Shown: piece after piece, positions 1 to 45,972 of the stretch
How the letters are laid out: each line of letters begins with the position of its first letter
Numbering within the stretch: the stretch's first letter is position 1
NCBI GenBank assembly: GCA_040954595.2
Contig: CM082576.2
Span: 6,699,129 to 6,763,128 of the forward strand
Length of the DNA stretch: 64,000 nucleotides
Reading direction: 5' to 3'
Source: Balanoglossus misakiensis
Taxonomy: Eukaryota; Animalia; Hemichordata
The notes under the pieces: generated by a model
Database searches by the model: none
Seen by the model: only the letters and a program-made list of their open reading frames with translations
Told to the model about the DNA's origin: nothing
Translations under genes and position numbers: made by a program

Positions 1-138
1 CAAATTAATTTGTTACCAATGGCGTTTTTTTTGCACTGACGCCTTTTGCGAAATCGAAAACGGCACATTGTCTCTCCTAAATTGAATTCCTGCATGTTGT
101 ATTGGACAAGAATGTTGCTTTTCATAATTAGTGTGCGT

Positions 139-330
139 CTGTACTGTACTGTACTGTAACTGTACTTTACTGTGCCTTTGGTACTGTACTGTACTGTACT
201 GTACTGTACTGTACTGTACTGTACTGTACTGTACTGTACTGTACTGTACTGTACTGTACTGTACTGTACTGTACTGTACTGTACTTTAATGTAATGTAAT
301 GTAATGTAATGTAATGTAATGTAATGTACT
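139..330. repeat. Compound pentanucleotide microsatellite (GTACT)n then (GTAAT)n
   Basis: Directly visible tandem array. Confidence 0.97.
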
Positions 331-781
331 AACACGTGCGTTTACGTGTGCGTGCAGGTGACCATAGCTCTGATCGTATGGGAAGGTCGTCGCGCACACA
401 CTTGGCTCAGTTGATGGACCGCCTCTTTAAAAGAGCTGGCGATGTGTCTTGCGAGTTTGAATCAATGGATCCACGTCAATGCAGGGACATTGACAAGTCG
501 ACATTATGGACCTTCTCGTGAAATCTATAACCATTAGAGAACGAGACTTCAAATATACACCAATTTGCACAAAACAAACACCAGCAGGAAAAGTCTCAGT
601 ACAAAAAGCTTTCGTTTGATTATTTTTGCTTGCCCTCAAAGCATCTTTCCTTTCTGCACACAGATAGGAGCTTATCGACTTCGTTGGCGGTGCATGATCG
701 ATTCAATACCCGCAGCCCACAAAGCGTTCTCTCCGCTGCGGCCTGATTTCAGCAATAGTACATTCACCAAAGAACTCTTAC

Positions 782-16988
<16,207 letters not shown>

Positions 16989-18614
16989 GTTGGGTGACGC
17001 AAAAGTTCCTAACTCAACACGTTGCAATTGAACGTGGTGGCTCGGTCCCCAGTAATGCGGCGCTAGTGACGCAAGCGCCGTCTCTTCATCATCTCTCCCT
17101 TCCTTGAGGATGGAGGGCACATGCGCAGTGGGACGCGAAACGCAGTGCCTAAATTGCACGCAGCCCGAGCTCTATTTTGTATTCTCAGAATTTGACGCGG
17201 GGGTCTTGCAAATGTGTGGAAGCTTGAGCAGGCAAGCTTTGTACAAGCTGCTGAACGCCAACATGTACATGCAATGACCGTTCAGACATCCTCTGCTTGA
17301 CTGTACTTTTCACTTCCGTCGAAGCAGCGCGTGTCGAATAGCCTAGTGTGTGAGCTTCATCGGCGGGCTGCACCTATTCAACGATTCGTTTTCTGGTAGG
17401 ATGACGCTGGGGTGAATCCAGTCTGTAAATAGGCTAATTAAAGCGTGTGTCTTTGCAAAGCAGATCCCACCTCCGTGGCTGGTGACAAGAACCACCCGAC
17501 AGGTGCCGGAAGCCAGTAAGGTTCGGCACAGGACACTGGCGCGTTTTTGGGTTAATTTGACTTCATTCGGAAAATGCCATCCCTCCCACCCGCATCTTCG
17601 CCACCTTATATTTAAACGAGACTTATTCAATATTTTTTTCTTTTCTGCAAAGACTTATCTGCCTGGAGAAAAATACGTACAGAATCGCCATTGCGGGATT
17701 CTCATACGCGGAAACCGACTAGTTCCGACAACGTGTCGACAGAAGCAGCACATACAGATGTGCGAACAAAACAAGGATGCTCTCTGTGGCCGTTGAAAGG
17801 ACCGTGGTGATGTCATCAGTCGGTCGTAGATGTCGCCAAAACCAACATGCCCAACTGTACACACGCACAAAGAAAAAACGCTCTCAGCGTGAGCAGTGGA
17901 AGGAGAGTAGTGTCGTCGGTCGTGACAGATTATAGTTCCCGATTCTTTGATTTTTTTTCAAGAAAAGACGGCTTCACACATATTTAATAGTGAACATTCA
18001 ACCTCACACAGCGAATGTCTGGACGTGTATTGGCGGTCGCCGGGGTTGCGTCCTCCCCAGAGAGTAAATATTTACCGCTCTCTCTGTGGGTTCAGCACGT
18101 TGCTTTCCTGTCTATGTGAAAAGGGAGGGTTATCACCAAAAGGAATAAAGAAGTGAAACGTACTTTCTGGCATACATTCCCTTTTCATGGGTTTCTTTCC
18201 AATTTGAGACAACATGCTCGACAACATAGACAGGGGCACTCGAAACCTTTGTGGTGTGTTATTACAAAAAACTATGCGATTTCGCAACACTTCTAGTGAA
18301 TTTCCTGTTTTCCCCCCAGATATTACAAAAACATCTGAATTTGCTCTTTCGTTCCGACTTTTCGCTCGAAGTTCTATTAACCGTCAACGTCTTCGTCGGT
18401 ATAGTTTTACGAAACCAATTTGCAACGTTGAAATATTCTCATGTTGTTCCTTTGTGGATCAAATCGGAGTAGTACAACATTACAAGTGATAACGCTGCGT
18501 ATCGCAGGGCCTAACTTTCGTCGGAAATATGTCATAAATATTTCAAATAAAAAATTACAGACTTGATAAGAGGAGGTCCCAAATTGCCAGCTTGGTAGGT
18601 GGGGAAACTGAACA

Positions 18615-18979
18615 TTAAAGGGACATTAGCTTTAACTTTTGGCTTTATTTTCAGTAGTTTTGTTCTGTGTACTAAATGCAGTTTCTTGTTCTAGTCCAAA
18701 AAGCATGCTTATATACCCGGTTCCCCGCTTGTCAACACATAGTCTTGTATGTTTATAAAAGCCATTGTTATTGATGACAAATGAATTCTAGTCCGGACTT
18801 GAATTCAAAGTTGGCACAATAACAATGCCCGCGACCGACTATACACATAGATGTTGTGTTGATAAGCTAAATGCTGGGCATTTCATCATGTTTCCGGAAT
18901 CTGAACAAGAAACTGCAGTAGGTACGCAAAATAAAACTGTTGAAAACATAGCGAAAAGATACAGCTAATGGAGCTTTAC
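18615..18979. mobile_element. Foldback (palindromic) MITE, full-length copy, possibly Kolobok-type
   Basis: Imperfect inverted arms run the whole length: TTAAAGGGACATTAGC...GCTAATGGAGCTTTAC, TGCAGTTTCTTGTTC/GAACAAGAAACTGCA and CATTGTTATTG/CAATAACAATG. The centre is GAATTCTAGTCCGGACTTGAATTC. Confidence 0.7.
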
Positions 18980-20568
18980 CATGTGATTGCATTCAGTAAG
19001 ATATTAAAGCTGCTCATAATTGGTGCTTGCCTGAGCATGGATTGCTCTTGGCTCCCTTAGATAACAGAACATAGTCGCCGTTAGCCACCATTCTGAGCTA
19101 TTAACGTCCAATCTTATGACAAAGAAAATTTTTAAGTGTAATCGGATACCGCTGGTCTTAGAGATAGAGGATGTTCAGGCAACTGCTAAACACGAAAAAA
19201 CGCTCACAGCCTTAATATTATTGGGAATCTAAAAATCGGCATCATATCATTATAGCCGCACAAATCTTGTAACCGGATATTTCAAATTCAAAATTAATGT
19301 TAAAACGTCCTAGCAAATTGCCGCGATGTTTCTAGTTGGAATCTGCGGCACTATTTTCGGATTTAACTATTTATCTATTTCTGTTTTGTGTGTGTCATTA
19401 GCCTCTAATTTTGTTATTTTGATTTACTTATATAGTTATATAGTTGTCAAAGCGATCTTCAGACACACGCTTTTCAGGCGTAGAGCAATACAATGAAGCT
19501 TGTCATGAAGTCTTACAGTCTTTTGTTGCACAGAAAGAAGAAAACGATAATGGAAGGGATTGTTGATGTTGGTCACGTGACCCATGTGTGTGTAAACGAT
19601 GGGTCGCTCGATCTGTCGTAAGATGATCACTATGGCAACCAACAATATTTGGAAATGCCAATGTGAAATCGCGTGGACAATAATGATGATTATTACATTT
19701 TGTATATGATACATCTTCTGTCAACATCTTTCACCCGTCAACCTAATTAATTTAGCCTTGTCATTGTCACCATAAAGTCATGAAAAACGTTCCCCGCATT
19801 CACATTAGTATTCAATTCAAACTTAGAGACGATCGTCATCTTCTAAATATTTCTTTTATCACAGTCACACAAAGAAATGCAATATTCCTATATTTAGTAC
19901 GCTTCTTTCGGATTTCAAATTGTGGTTTTTTCGCCTTTATTCATGTAGATGCTCTTCATTCGTAATTTCCCGGGGATATTTATCATACACGAAGGCTTGG
20001 AAGAATAGACAACATCTTGGACGCAGCGATGTATGCTTGATATAAATTGCCTACGGCCTCGCTCACAGTCCCTTAAAATAACAGGATGCTTTTCATGGGC
20101 ACGATGCGAGTCGCATTGCTTACCATAAATACAGGTCAATATATTTTGATCGCAACGCGCTGGGTTGTCCTTGCCTAGTGTAAAACTCGGGAAGGGTTTG
20201 TCACACGTCAATTTAGCATGCACTTTAATGTTGGGGCGGTAAATAAAGGTCTAACTAGGATTGTGTGTGTGTGGTGGGGGGGGGGTGGGGGGGGGTCGGT
20301 GTTGCATAATCAGATTTTGGTGTTCAGATTTGAAGATCGACAACGCGGACAAGACCCTTACTAGATACAAGAGAAACGATGTAAATATTGCCCATAGTCT
20401 AGTCTTCGATGCGGAAAATGCCGCCAATCTCTTGGGTTTTGACGACTGATAGCAGCACGGGGTACTTGTGTCAATGTCGCTTAGGCGATCCCCGGAATTA
20501 CCGGTGCAATTAAAAGCGATTTTGAACATGATGAAAATTTAATTATGAAACGACTGTCCTGTTGTTTA

Positions 20569-21266
20569 TGTTACGTAAGAGAAGTTTGCTGTTGTTTTGT
20601 GACCAGGTGTGTTTTCGCTTACTTTCGTAATTTGAATATTTGCGTGACCAGGTGTGGTGCATTCATTATTTTCCCCATATAAAAAGCCCGCACGTTGTGT
20701 TGCAGCGTAGCTACTAATTTGGACTTGCCCGTGTGAGCTGTTCTGTTCCTCGCCGGCTTGGAAGCTGTGCCTTATTTCCTGGTACACTGGTCTGGAAACC
20801 GCGCCCAGAAGCTGTGCTGTATTTCATGCTGTCCTGGTCTGGAAACCGCGCCCAGAAGTCGTGCTACCTCATGGGGAATTCGTCCGAAAGCCGTGCCGTC
20901 TACCGGGGAATTGTGCCAGAACGCTACTCGGACTGAACGTCGCTGTTGGGACTGCCGTGGTGCTGGTCGCGTTCGTCGTGCGCTACGGAAGCTTGGACTT
21001 TAGTATTTCATTTCCCACACCTGGTCACATTTAAGGTAGTCATTTATTTTACTGTGTTTTTTCCTCAGTGTACAGTCATTTTATATTTACCAATGTTTAG
21101 TTGTAGTAATTAAAACTTTCCATAAGCAAGGAAATAACGTGTGGTGTGCCTATTGTTGACCGTCTTTGTTGCGTGCTGCGCTGGTTGGTTCACCAAAGCG
21201 AGCCATTCAGTAAGTCTATTTGCTCACTGCCCTGTTTCGGAACTGAACGGCCAGGGTGTCGTAACA
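20569..21266 (+). mobile_element. Solo LTR of an LTR retrotransposon (Gypsy-like)
   Basis: 698 bp starting TGTTACG and ending CGTAACA (7-bp inverted termini, TG...CA), flanked by TTTA on both sides (20565-20568, 21267-21270). It has TATAAAA at ~20678, ATTAAA at ~21109 and an internal 25-bp direct repeat (20787-20811 / 20834-20858). Confidence 0.8.
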
Positions 21267-21997
21267 TTTATTACTATATAATGGTTTAGATTGCCAAAAG
21301 ATTAAAATGCATCCATTTCGCTATTCCATAATCGCTATTTGGCATGCACTATTTCTATAAAGGATAAGCGCTGTCCTCAAGACATGTCTGGCTAGCCCCC
21401 AAACCCAATAGCTTTGAGATAACCTGCTTCGACGCCACCTTATTCCATTTGCCTCGTCAATCGAACAAATGCAATCACGTTGTCTACTTGATTGACTTTC
21501 ACTCTTGCCGTCGACCATGGCAGGCTCCACAAATTGAGGTAATATTTCATGCCTGACTTAGTTTCGATAAAAAATTACTTATTAACCGAAATGTTAGCTT
21601 CGTTTTCATATTCTTGCCAGTCTGGGTTGGCGTAAGTTTTATTCTGCGTCTTTAGTTGAATGCAATTTTGCTCATACGTCATCGTCCCATGTTTGCAATG
21701 ATGCGAAATGCAATACACGCTGAGACGCGAAGCAAATACATCTACTTGGCGATAAGTGTACTCTTGACCATCCGCTTGACCTAATTCTTTGTTTTCGCAT
21801 CGTTCTAACTCAGATCATCTGTAACGATAGGGACAAAATCTAATTTCGATAAACAATTCCGTCTTGGATTTGCAAAGACGGGAATGCAGCCATGCGGCAA
21901 TCTCTCTTGATGATGTAATGCCTATATTTTAGTTCCAAGTCACGTGGCATCATAATTCGGTGTATGCACCCCGGTGACAATGTCGTACCGGTGATTC

Positions 21998-22032
<35 letters not shown>
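21998..22032. repeat. (GTCT)n microsatellite
   Basis: Directly visible. Confidence 0.9.
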
Positions 22033-24771
22033 CATCCGAAGTTACTGGATAAAAAGCTTTACATATGTGCATTTTGATAATTGTTTATTCAACTAGTTTC
22101 ACATAGAACGGACAAAATCGGTCCTTTGCTGCGTTAAATATAGATAACTGTCTGAGTATTCCTTTTGATAGGAAATTGCTCCCAGGGTGCAGTGTGTCAA
22201 AATTGCTAACATGCCCATTTCCTTCACCCTACGAAATCAAACGGTAATTTCGGTGAATCAGAGACTGAATGACAGCATAATGACTGAAAGTTTCAGTTTC
22301 AATAATTTCAGTTCAATATAATCCGATATCAAGCGATCTAGCGGCCGGTTCAGAGCCCCGCTGTTATGTGTTGCTCAAATAACGAACTGATTTGATGGAT
22401 AGTCCTAAATCTGCACATAATAAAAAATGAAAACAGCTCCTGGTTAAAATAAGGGTAGGTCGGGTAATCGGAACAGCACATTTTTTTGGCCTAAGTATCA
22501 AAACAACGGAAGTATATTTCACGACCTTTTGCACCGTTCCTTCAGTTGCTCGTGTTCTTAATATTTCAAAGCAATATTAACCTCTCTATATGTGGACAGT
22601 CACTCGTTGTGTTTTTTGGTGGTACTTTACAGTATGGCAACAAGCCGTGCGTTGATGTGAAGCTAATAAAATAAAAAAAGAACACAGAGAGTATAAAGAT
22701 AGACCATAACGTTTATTTACCCGTGTGATTTCACTTATAAGGACACTATGTGGCTTTTACTTTTACTTTGACATTTTCGCACTTTTTTTCACATTAAAAG
22801 CAGCCTGGGAATGTTTCTTTATTTAAAATAGGATTCATTGCTATTGATTTTACCATAAACATATAAAATGGTTGATTTGAGCATTATCAAGAGTGATAAA
22901 AATATGATCTCGTAAATATTTCCACAGACAAAACGACATGATATTACACATCAGTTATTTCAAGGTGATACCGGTATGATTACTGTAAACAAAATACTTT
23001 CTTATTGTACAAAAATACCCATAATGACAAATATATATGTCAAGTGCGGGTTAAAAGGTACAAGGTACATAGAAATCAAACAATATGATTCTATAGAATA
23101 TGAATATTACTTTTTTAAAGAACTACAAAACTAAATTGTGCGAAAGAGCGATTCGATTGTCAGGCTCTACATTCATGGGCAGTCTCTGCATTCAGATGAT
23201 GTGCGCTTGGGTTTTCAGGCTGGGTGAAGCCATGACACCGTTTCTCACTGGCAATTGATGAAATGCGTCTTTGAGATCCTTCGTACAAAGCCCTTGAAAG
23301 TATGAGTGACTGACAGCCCCAAATCTGTGTTTCTTTCTGCCTATGGTCCTCCTTTGCACGCCGTGTCAGTTTTCTCCCTCGTTTCCATTGAATTTCAACA
23401 TCGCATTACCGTCTTACTTGAATAGTGAGAGGGAGGTTCTACATTATGTACACATGTATATTGTATGATGCCTGGGCATCTTTCCCCTCAGTTAGTGCAT
23501 CATATCATCCTTTGTATATATATTTTTTCTGCTATCTTGGTGCCATTCACAGAAGTAATGTTATGCTGGCTACAACACCGTGACAGGATACAGATCTGAC
23601 CATTTAAAGCGCGTGCACATGATTCATTTAAAGCTAAAAGCAGTTTAACGCAGGAATTCAGTTTCACAAAGATCCCACTTGTACACATATTACTTACATA
23701 CGGCAGTTTATTACTGCACGTTTAAAGCCCATTTATGGGTACATTGCTCAACCCACATATCATGCTTCCTCATCATTTGCCGCTGGGGCTGCAAATTACC
23801 ATAGAAACGACTGATCTCAGCTGATACGACTATCTTTATTGCGATATTCAAATTCCTTTCAATCTATTACCACCGAGGATAATTTGGCGCCCTTTCTCTA
23901 AAACGCCTGTCGGTTTAAGACTTGAACAGCTCATCACAGGCGAATTTGGCATCATTTGTGACGAATATTAGTTAACGATAATAATTTGAAACACAGTCTA
24001 CTTAAAAGCTTACTGGAATACTAATAATGTTCAGAAACATATTACAACAAAAACGGTTTGAGCTTCACAGAGGGGATGTACTGAACATCGATTTATTTCG
24101 ATCAACACAGTTGAAAAGAAACACGGTGTCTGCTCTTCCCATTCAAGATGAAAATGAAAAACCACGAGTGGTCTAGACCGCAATGAACGCATTTGTGATA
24201 AGAATGTATCAATCTAAACAATACACAGCCCAATTAGTCTAAATCACTTTCCTCCTGTGAACACTTGTCTTTGTGAGACTTGCAACAATTTATACAAACA
24301 TTCCTATTTCTTATCAACTGATGGAGAGAGGGAAAACATATTCTTCTTGTGCAGGTCAAACCTTTTTCATTGTATTATTCATTTCAAGTATAGACAGAAT
24401 CATATGTCCACGCGAGACATTTCTTTGTCTGTTGTTGTGTTGATTTGTCGATGCTGGAAAAGTAAAGAAAAGACATCTTGTGAGTCTACGATCATGAAAA
24501 TATATACTGTGTGCCCTAATGCGACAGAAATGATACTTCAATGAAATCCATTGCTAATTAATAACGTCGAAAGCATTTTGGGCTTTTCAAGGAATTCAGC
24601 ATAAATGTGTATATCATCGTCCAGACAAGGACGGTCATAGAACTCCTAGGCAATTAGTGAATATCGACTTCAGATGCAATGCAACTCGGAGACGATAGGA
24701 AATAAGCTATTTTATAGTGTGGACAGTAAATGGTATACTAGTGCTTTAATGAGCCTGGTGCGTGATGCTAC

Positions 24772-42324
<17,553 letters not shown>

Positions 42325-44668
42325 GGTGATGTTGGTGTACTCTTCTTCTTCTGTCGTGAAAGTGAGCATTTTGCTATGTGCCTGTTCGGTTATATATCTG
42401 CTGGACGATGGGCACCATCGCGCATGTCCAATATGACGTCCAGCTTGAACACCTTTCAGATCACCCATCAGCGCCTAAGCTTCTTATGAAACATCTTGTC
42501 GCTCAACATTTCAACGTCAATACAGTAGCACATCGTTCGTGAACGCAGCATGGGGTTCCTCATGAAGCTATACGGAGATGATAATGCATCGTTCAAAATG
42601 TGCGGCACAATGAATCAATCTTCGACGAATGCGCCAGTTGTCAGGCAGGCACCATGCAGGTAGCAGAAATCGAAATGGCAGTCGGCCGATACGTCCCTTT
42701 TGTCTGAAGAGTGTATGAATGTTAACCCCATATCGTTTTTTGAAATCAATTGCGCAGGGTTCGATGCTTCGATGCTCTGGAGACTGAAGCCGGATCATCG
42801 AGAATGCACAGCTTGATTTAGGCAAACAAATGAACAACGGGTATCTTACCCGCGGTAAGCTTGCGTGTTGCGAATACCGTAACAGAGGCGAACATATAGT
42901 TGAAAATAAATCGTTTTAGTGATACTTTTCATTTTTCGCAGATGGTGCATGGGCGACTTTGCCTTTTATTAAAAAATGGTGACATTTCATCAATGTGTGG
43001 GTTGGATTTTCAAAGATGGTGGCATTTCATCAACTTCAACTAGAATAAGCAGGTACTTCAACTCTTCGTTGTCGTTCAGTATTAGATATCATTCTCAGAT
43101 CCACAAAGATAAATGATGCATGTGTTATATCATACTTATGTTAATGTATGTGTTATGACAAATGTATATCAAATGTCACAGCGGAGCTGTATACCTTCTT
43201 CTTGTACTTGGACTTCTTGGAAATGCTATCGCGTGGGAGATAAGACTTTCAACGGGATTATTAATCGTCGACGAGGGATACCAAATCAGCGTGGGCAATC
43301 TGTTTTTTTTTTTTTTTTTGCAGTTCCCTGGATAGGATAGGGGTTGTAAGTTGAAATCTACCAAACATAAATTTACAGCCGTTTAACACTAATCTGCGAT
43401 ATACTCGTACATGCACACTATACCATTTGCCCATGAACCCAGAATTACACATTTTGTGGACAGTCAAAAATTAGTTCCCAAATGTTAGCAAAAAAAGTAA
43501 AACGCTTAGTGGCAAGTCTATTGTTAACATTGGGCATTACGTAAGCGGTCATTTAACACTTTTAGGTCGCGCATAATTTCGTGGTATTGAAAACGTTAAA
43601 GCTTATTTTACAGTGCAGGCCACAATCAATCCATCGCCCAATGAAATAGTGGCTTGATTTGTGCGCTTGTTGAAAAGCGAGGCGTGTTCATGATTGCTTC
43701 ACAACGTACCTTAGAGAAAATTATCAAACCCCCGGGCGACAAAGGAGAAGAAAGTCCGTGTCGGCTATGAATAAACGGTTACTAAATTACGGCAGGGATT
43801 TCTATGAACTTTAAAAAAAGGGAGATTTGTCACAACGACACGTATATGAAGGTCCTTGTAGCTGATGATAACATTTATGTATATGCATTATCGCCATATT
43901 TACGTATCACTATAGAATGACATTTGAAGCAATCTTCTAATTTTAATTTTACATGGCTAGCCTACCTCGCGTCTGTACATGTATGTATGTCTGCTTGTCT
44001 GTCAACTCTTGAGATATGTGGTTCACCCCGAGAGATAGATATGGCTTTAAACAGCACATTGACAATTATTCGTCACGAAACTCGTCGCTGTATTTCAGTA
44101 CATCTATTGACTCTTATATGCAGTCATATCTTTATGAAGCCGTATCTGTATACAGTATAATCTATACGAAGTCATTTCCCCTACATTCATAAAATTCAGT
44201 GCAGTTCTCTAGGTTTATAGCAACGAGTGCACAAATTCGTGAAATAAGCAAATTTTGAAAAAAAATCATGTGATGAATCTAGACTGAACGTCCTCGGGTC
44301 CTTCGAAATCTTGACTTTTTCCCTGTTGACACCCAAACCGTCGCGGGATCATTAGGGCAACTGATAGCTCAAATTGGGGGAGTCATGGTACACAGAAAAT
44401 ACTGTCTCCATTCTGGTGAAGAAACCAGCAATGCAAAAAACCTTGTGGTGTTATTTAAGAAACGTGTTCGTCCATTTAGAAACCCAGGTGGGCCACGCTC
44501 TGTAGTAACGGATGGAAAATTAATCTCAAAATGTATTGTAACCTTTTAGTGGGAAGTTTCGCAGCGCTTCGTGTCTTCTCCCACCACGTGTTTCTGCCTG
44601 AGCCTTGGGAGATTTCGGTTATCGCGAAGCGGGTGTGCGGTAGGACGTTAGGGTAAATAAAAAATATT

Positions 44669-44893
44669 CAAGCTACATTAGCAGCTGTAACTTTTCACTA
44701 TGATTCCAGTGTTTATGTTCTGTGTATCTACTGCAGATTCTTTATCGAAGTCATGAGATGAAATTTGATGAAATGCCCAGCATTTACCTTGGCAACACAA
44801 CATATATGTGTATCACTGTTCTAGTGCAAAATTCGAATTCAAATCCTTAGTAGAATTCATTTGTAAACAATAACAATGGTCGTTACACACATA
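44669..44893. mobile_element. Partial, more diverged copy of the same foldback MITE
   Basis: GATGAAATGCCCAGCATTTA...CAACACAACATATATGTGTAT and GAATTCATTTGTAAACAATAACAATGG match the reverse complement of the 18615-18979 element. Confidence 0.65.
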
Positions 44894-45583
44894 AGGCAAT
44901 AATGTCCGGCCGGGCTGCAAGGTATCAATCATCCTGAGTAGAGATATGCTAACCTATATTTTATTTCGCACTTTATCTTGCACGAGTAGATTAAACGTTT
45001 CAGGCGGAAACCGGATGAGGTACCGACTTCAGCAACTATGTCCGCCTGAGAAGAATTAATAACCGTAATGGAAACGGCGCCTTATCGACCAATTATGGTT
45101 CTTTATAATAACGCTTAGTAATTTTGAAAAGATGAGAAATAATTTGTTTTCCCCGCGGAGTATTTCTTGGGAGCATTGTCATTGCCTAGAGCGTTGGGCG
45201 AGATGCAAACAGAAGGGAATGTTCCATCTGTAAAGGATGTGTATCATGCATGTGGGTTTAAGACTCGGAGGTACCCGTTGTTTGCTGCTGATTCTACAAA
45301 GACAACCTACCATTCGGGATTTCGGCTATGAAATCAAGAGGATTATTGAAAAAAAAACTTTAGAATGAACAAAATTAGGAAATAAATTTTAGATGCAGAG
45401 AGAATTGTAGATGTCTCCTGTGTGTGACAACATGCAATATTTTATTTCGAAAGGGTGTCACGCCAATTGTCATGGGACGAGTTACTTGTGAAAGCCTATC
45501 AAATAATTTACTAGTAGGCATATCCAACTTTTTGATGATAAGGACAAACGCTCGATAATTCGTGAGAGTAGCTCGGGATATGG

Positions 45584-45972
45584 TTGTGTAAAAAAGTAAA
45601 AGGTTGACGTTAATAGATCCAGATTGGGCCAGTTGTAAATGCGATGTCCTTGATATGTTGTGTGCTCGGGGCTAGTTAATTATTCATGAGCTGGTTACAT
45701 CACGCAGTTTGTGCAGCACGTGTGCGTTGTTATTGTACATGTGAAAGCTTGCGTCCTGGGTTTGTCGAAGAAGGAGTCGCAAGTACGCCTGCTTCTGTGT
45801 CTTGTGGATCCTTCGAACTTTGTATTCAGGTAAAGATGACTTCCAAAGCGCGGATAGTGATCTGTCTGCTTAGAAATGACCTCAGACTTCATGATAATGA
45901 GGTATGTATTGGCATTCAGAAAGTGATTTTTTTTCAGGCTTGTGGGGTCGGAGGGGCAATGCTTTACACGTG
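45584..45972 (+). promoter_or_regulatory. Candidate D-box/E-box cluster at the cry-DASH 5' end
   Basis: TTGTGTAA at 45584-45591 and TTACATCA at 45695-45702 (D-box-like); CACGTG at 45717-45722 and 45967-45972 (E-boxes). These are motif matches only. Confidence 0.4.

Noticed and set aside
20787-20858. 25-bp direct repeats with a spacer, superficially CRISPR-like
   Set aside because: There are only two copies, inside an LTR in eukaryotic DNA, with no cas genes.
22445-22493. GGGTAGGTCGGGTAATCGGAAC...TTTTGGCCTAA, resembling a DNA-transposon end; similar scraps near 35500-35600, 36500 and 46330-46400
   Set aside because: No partner terminus or TSD was found in the window, so they cannot be delimited without a repeat library.
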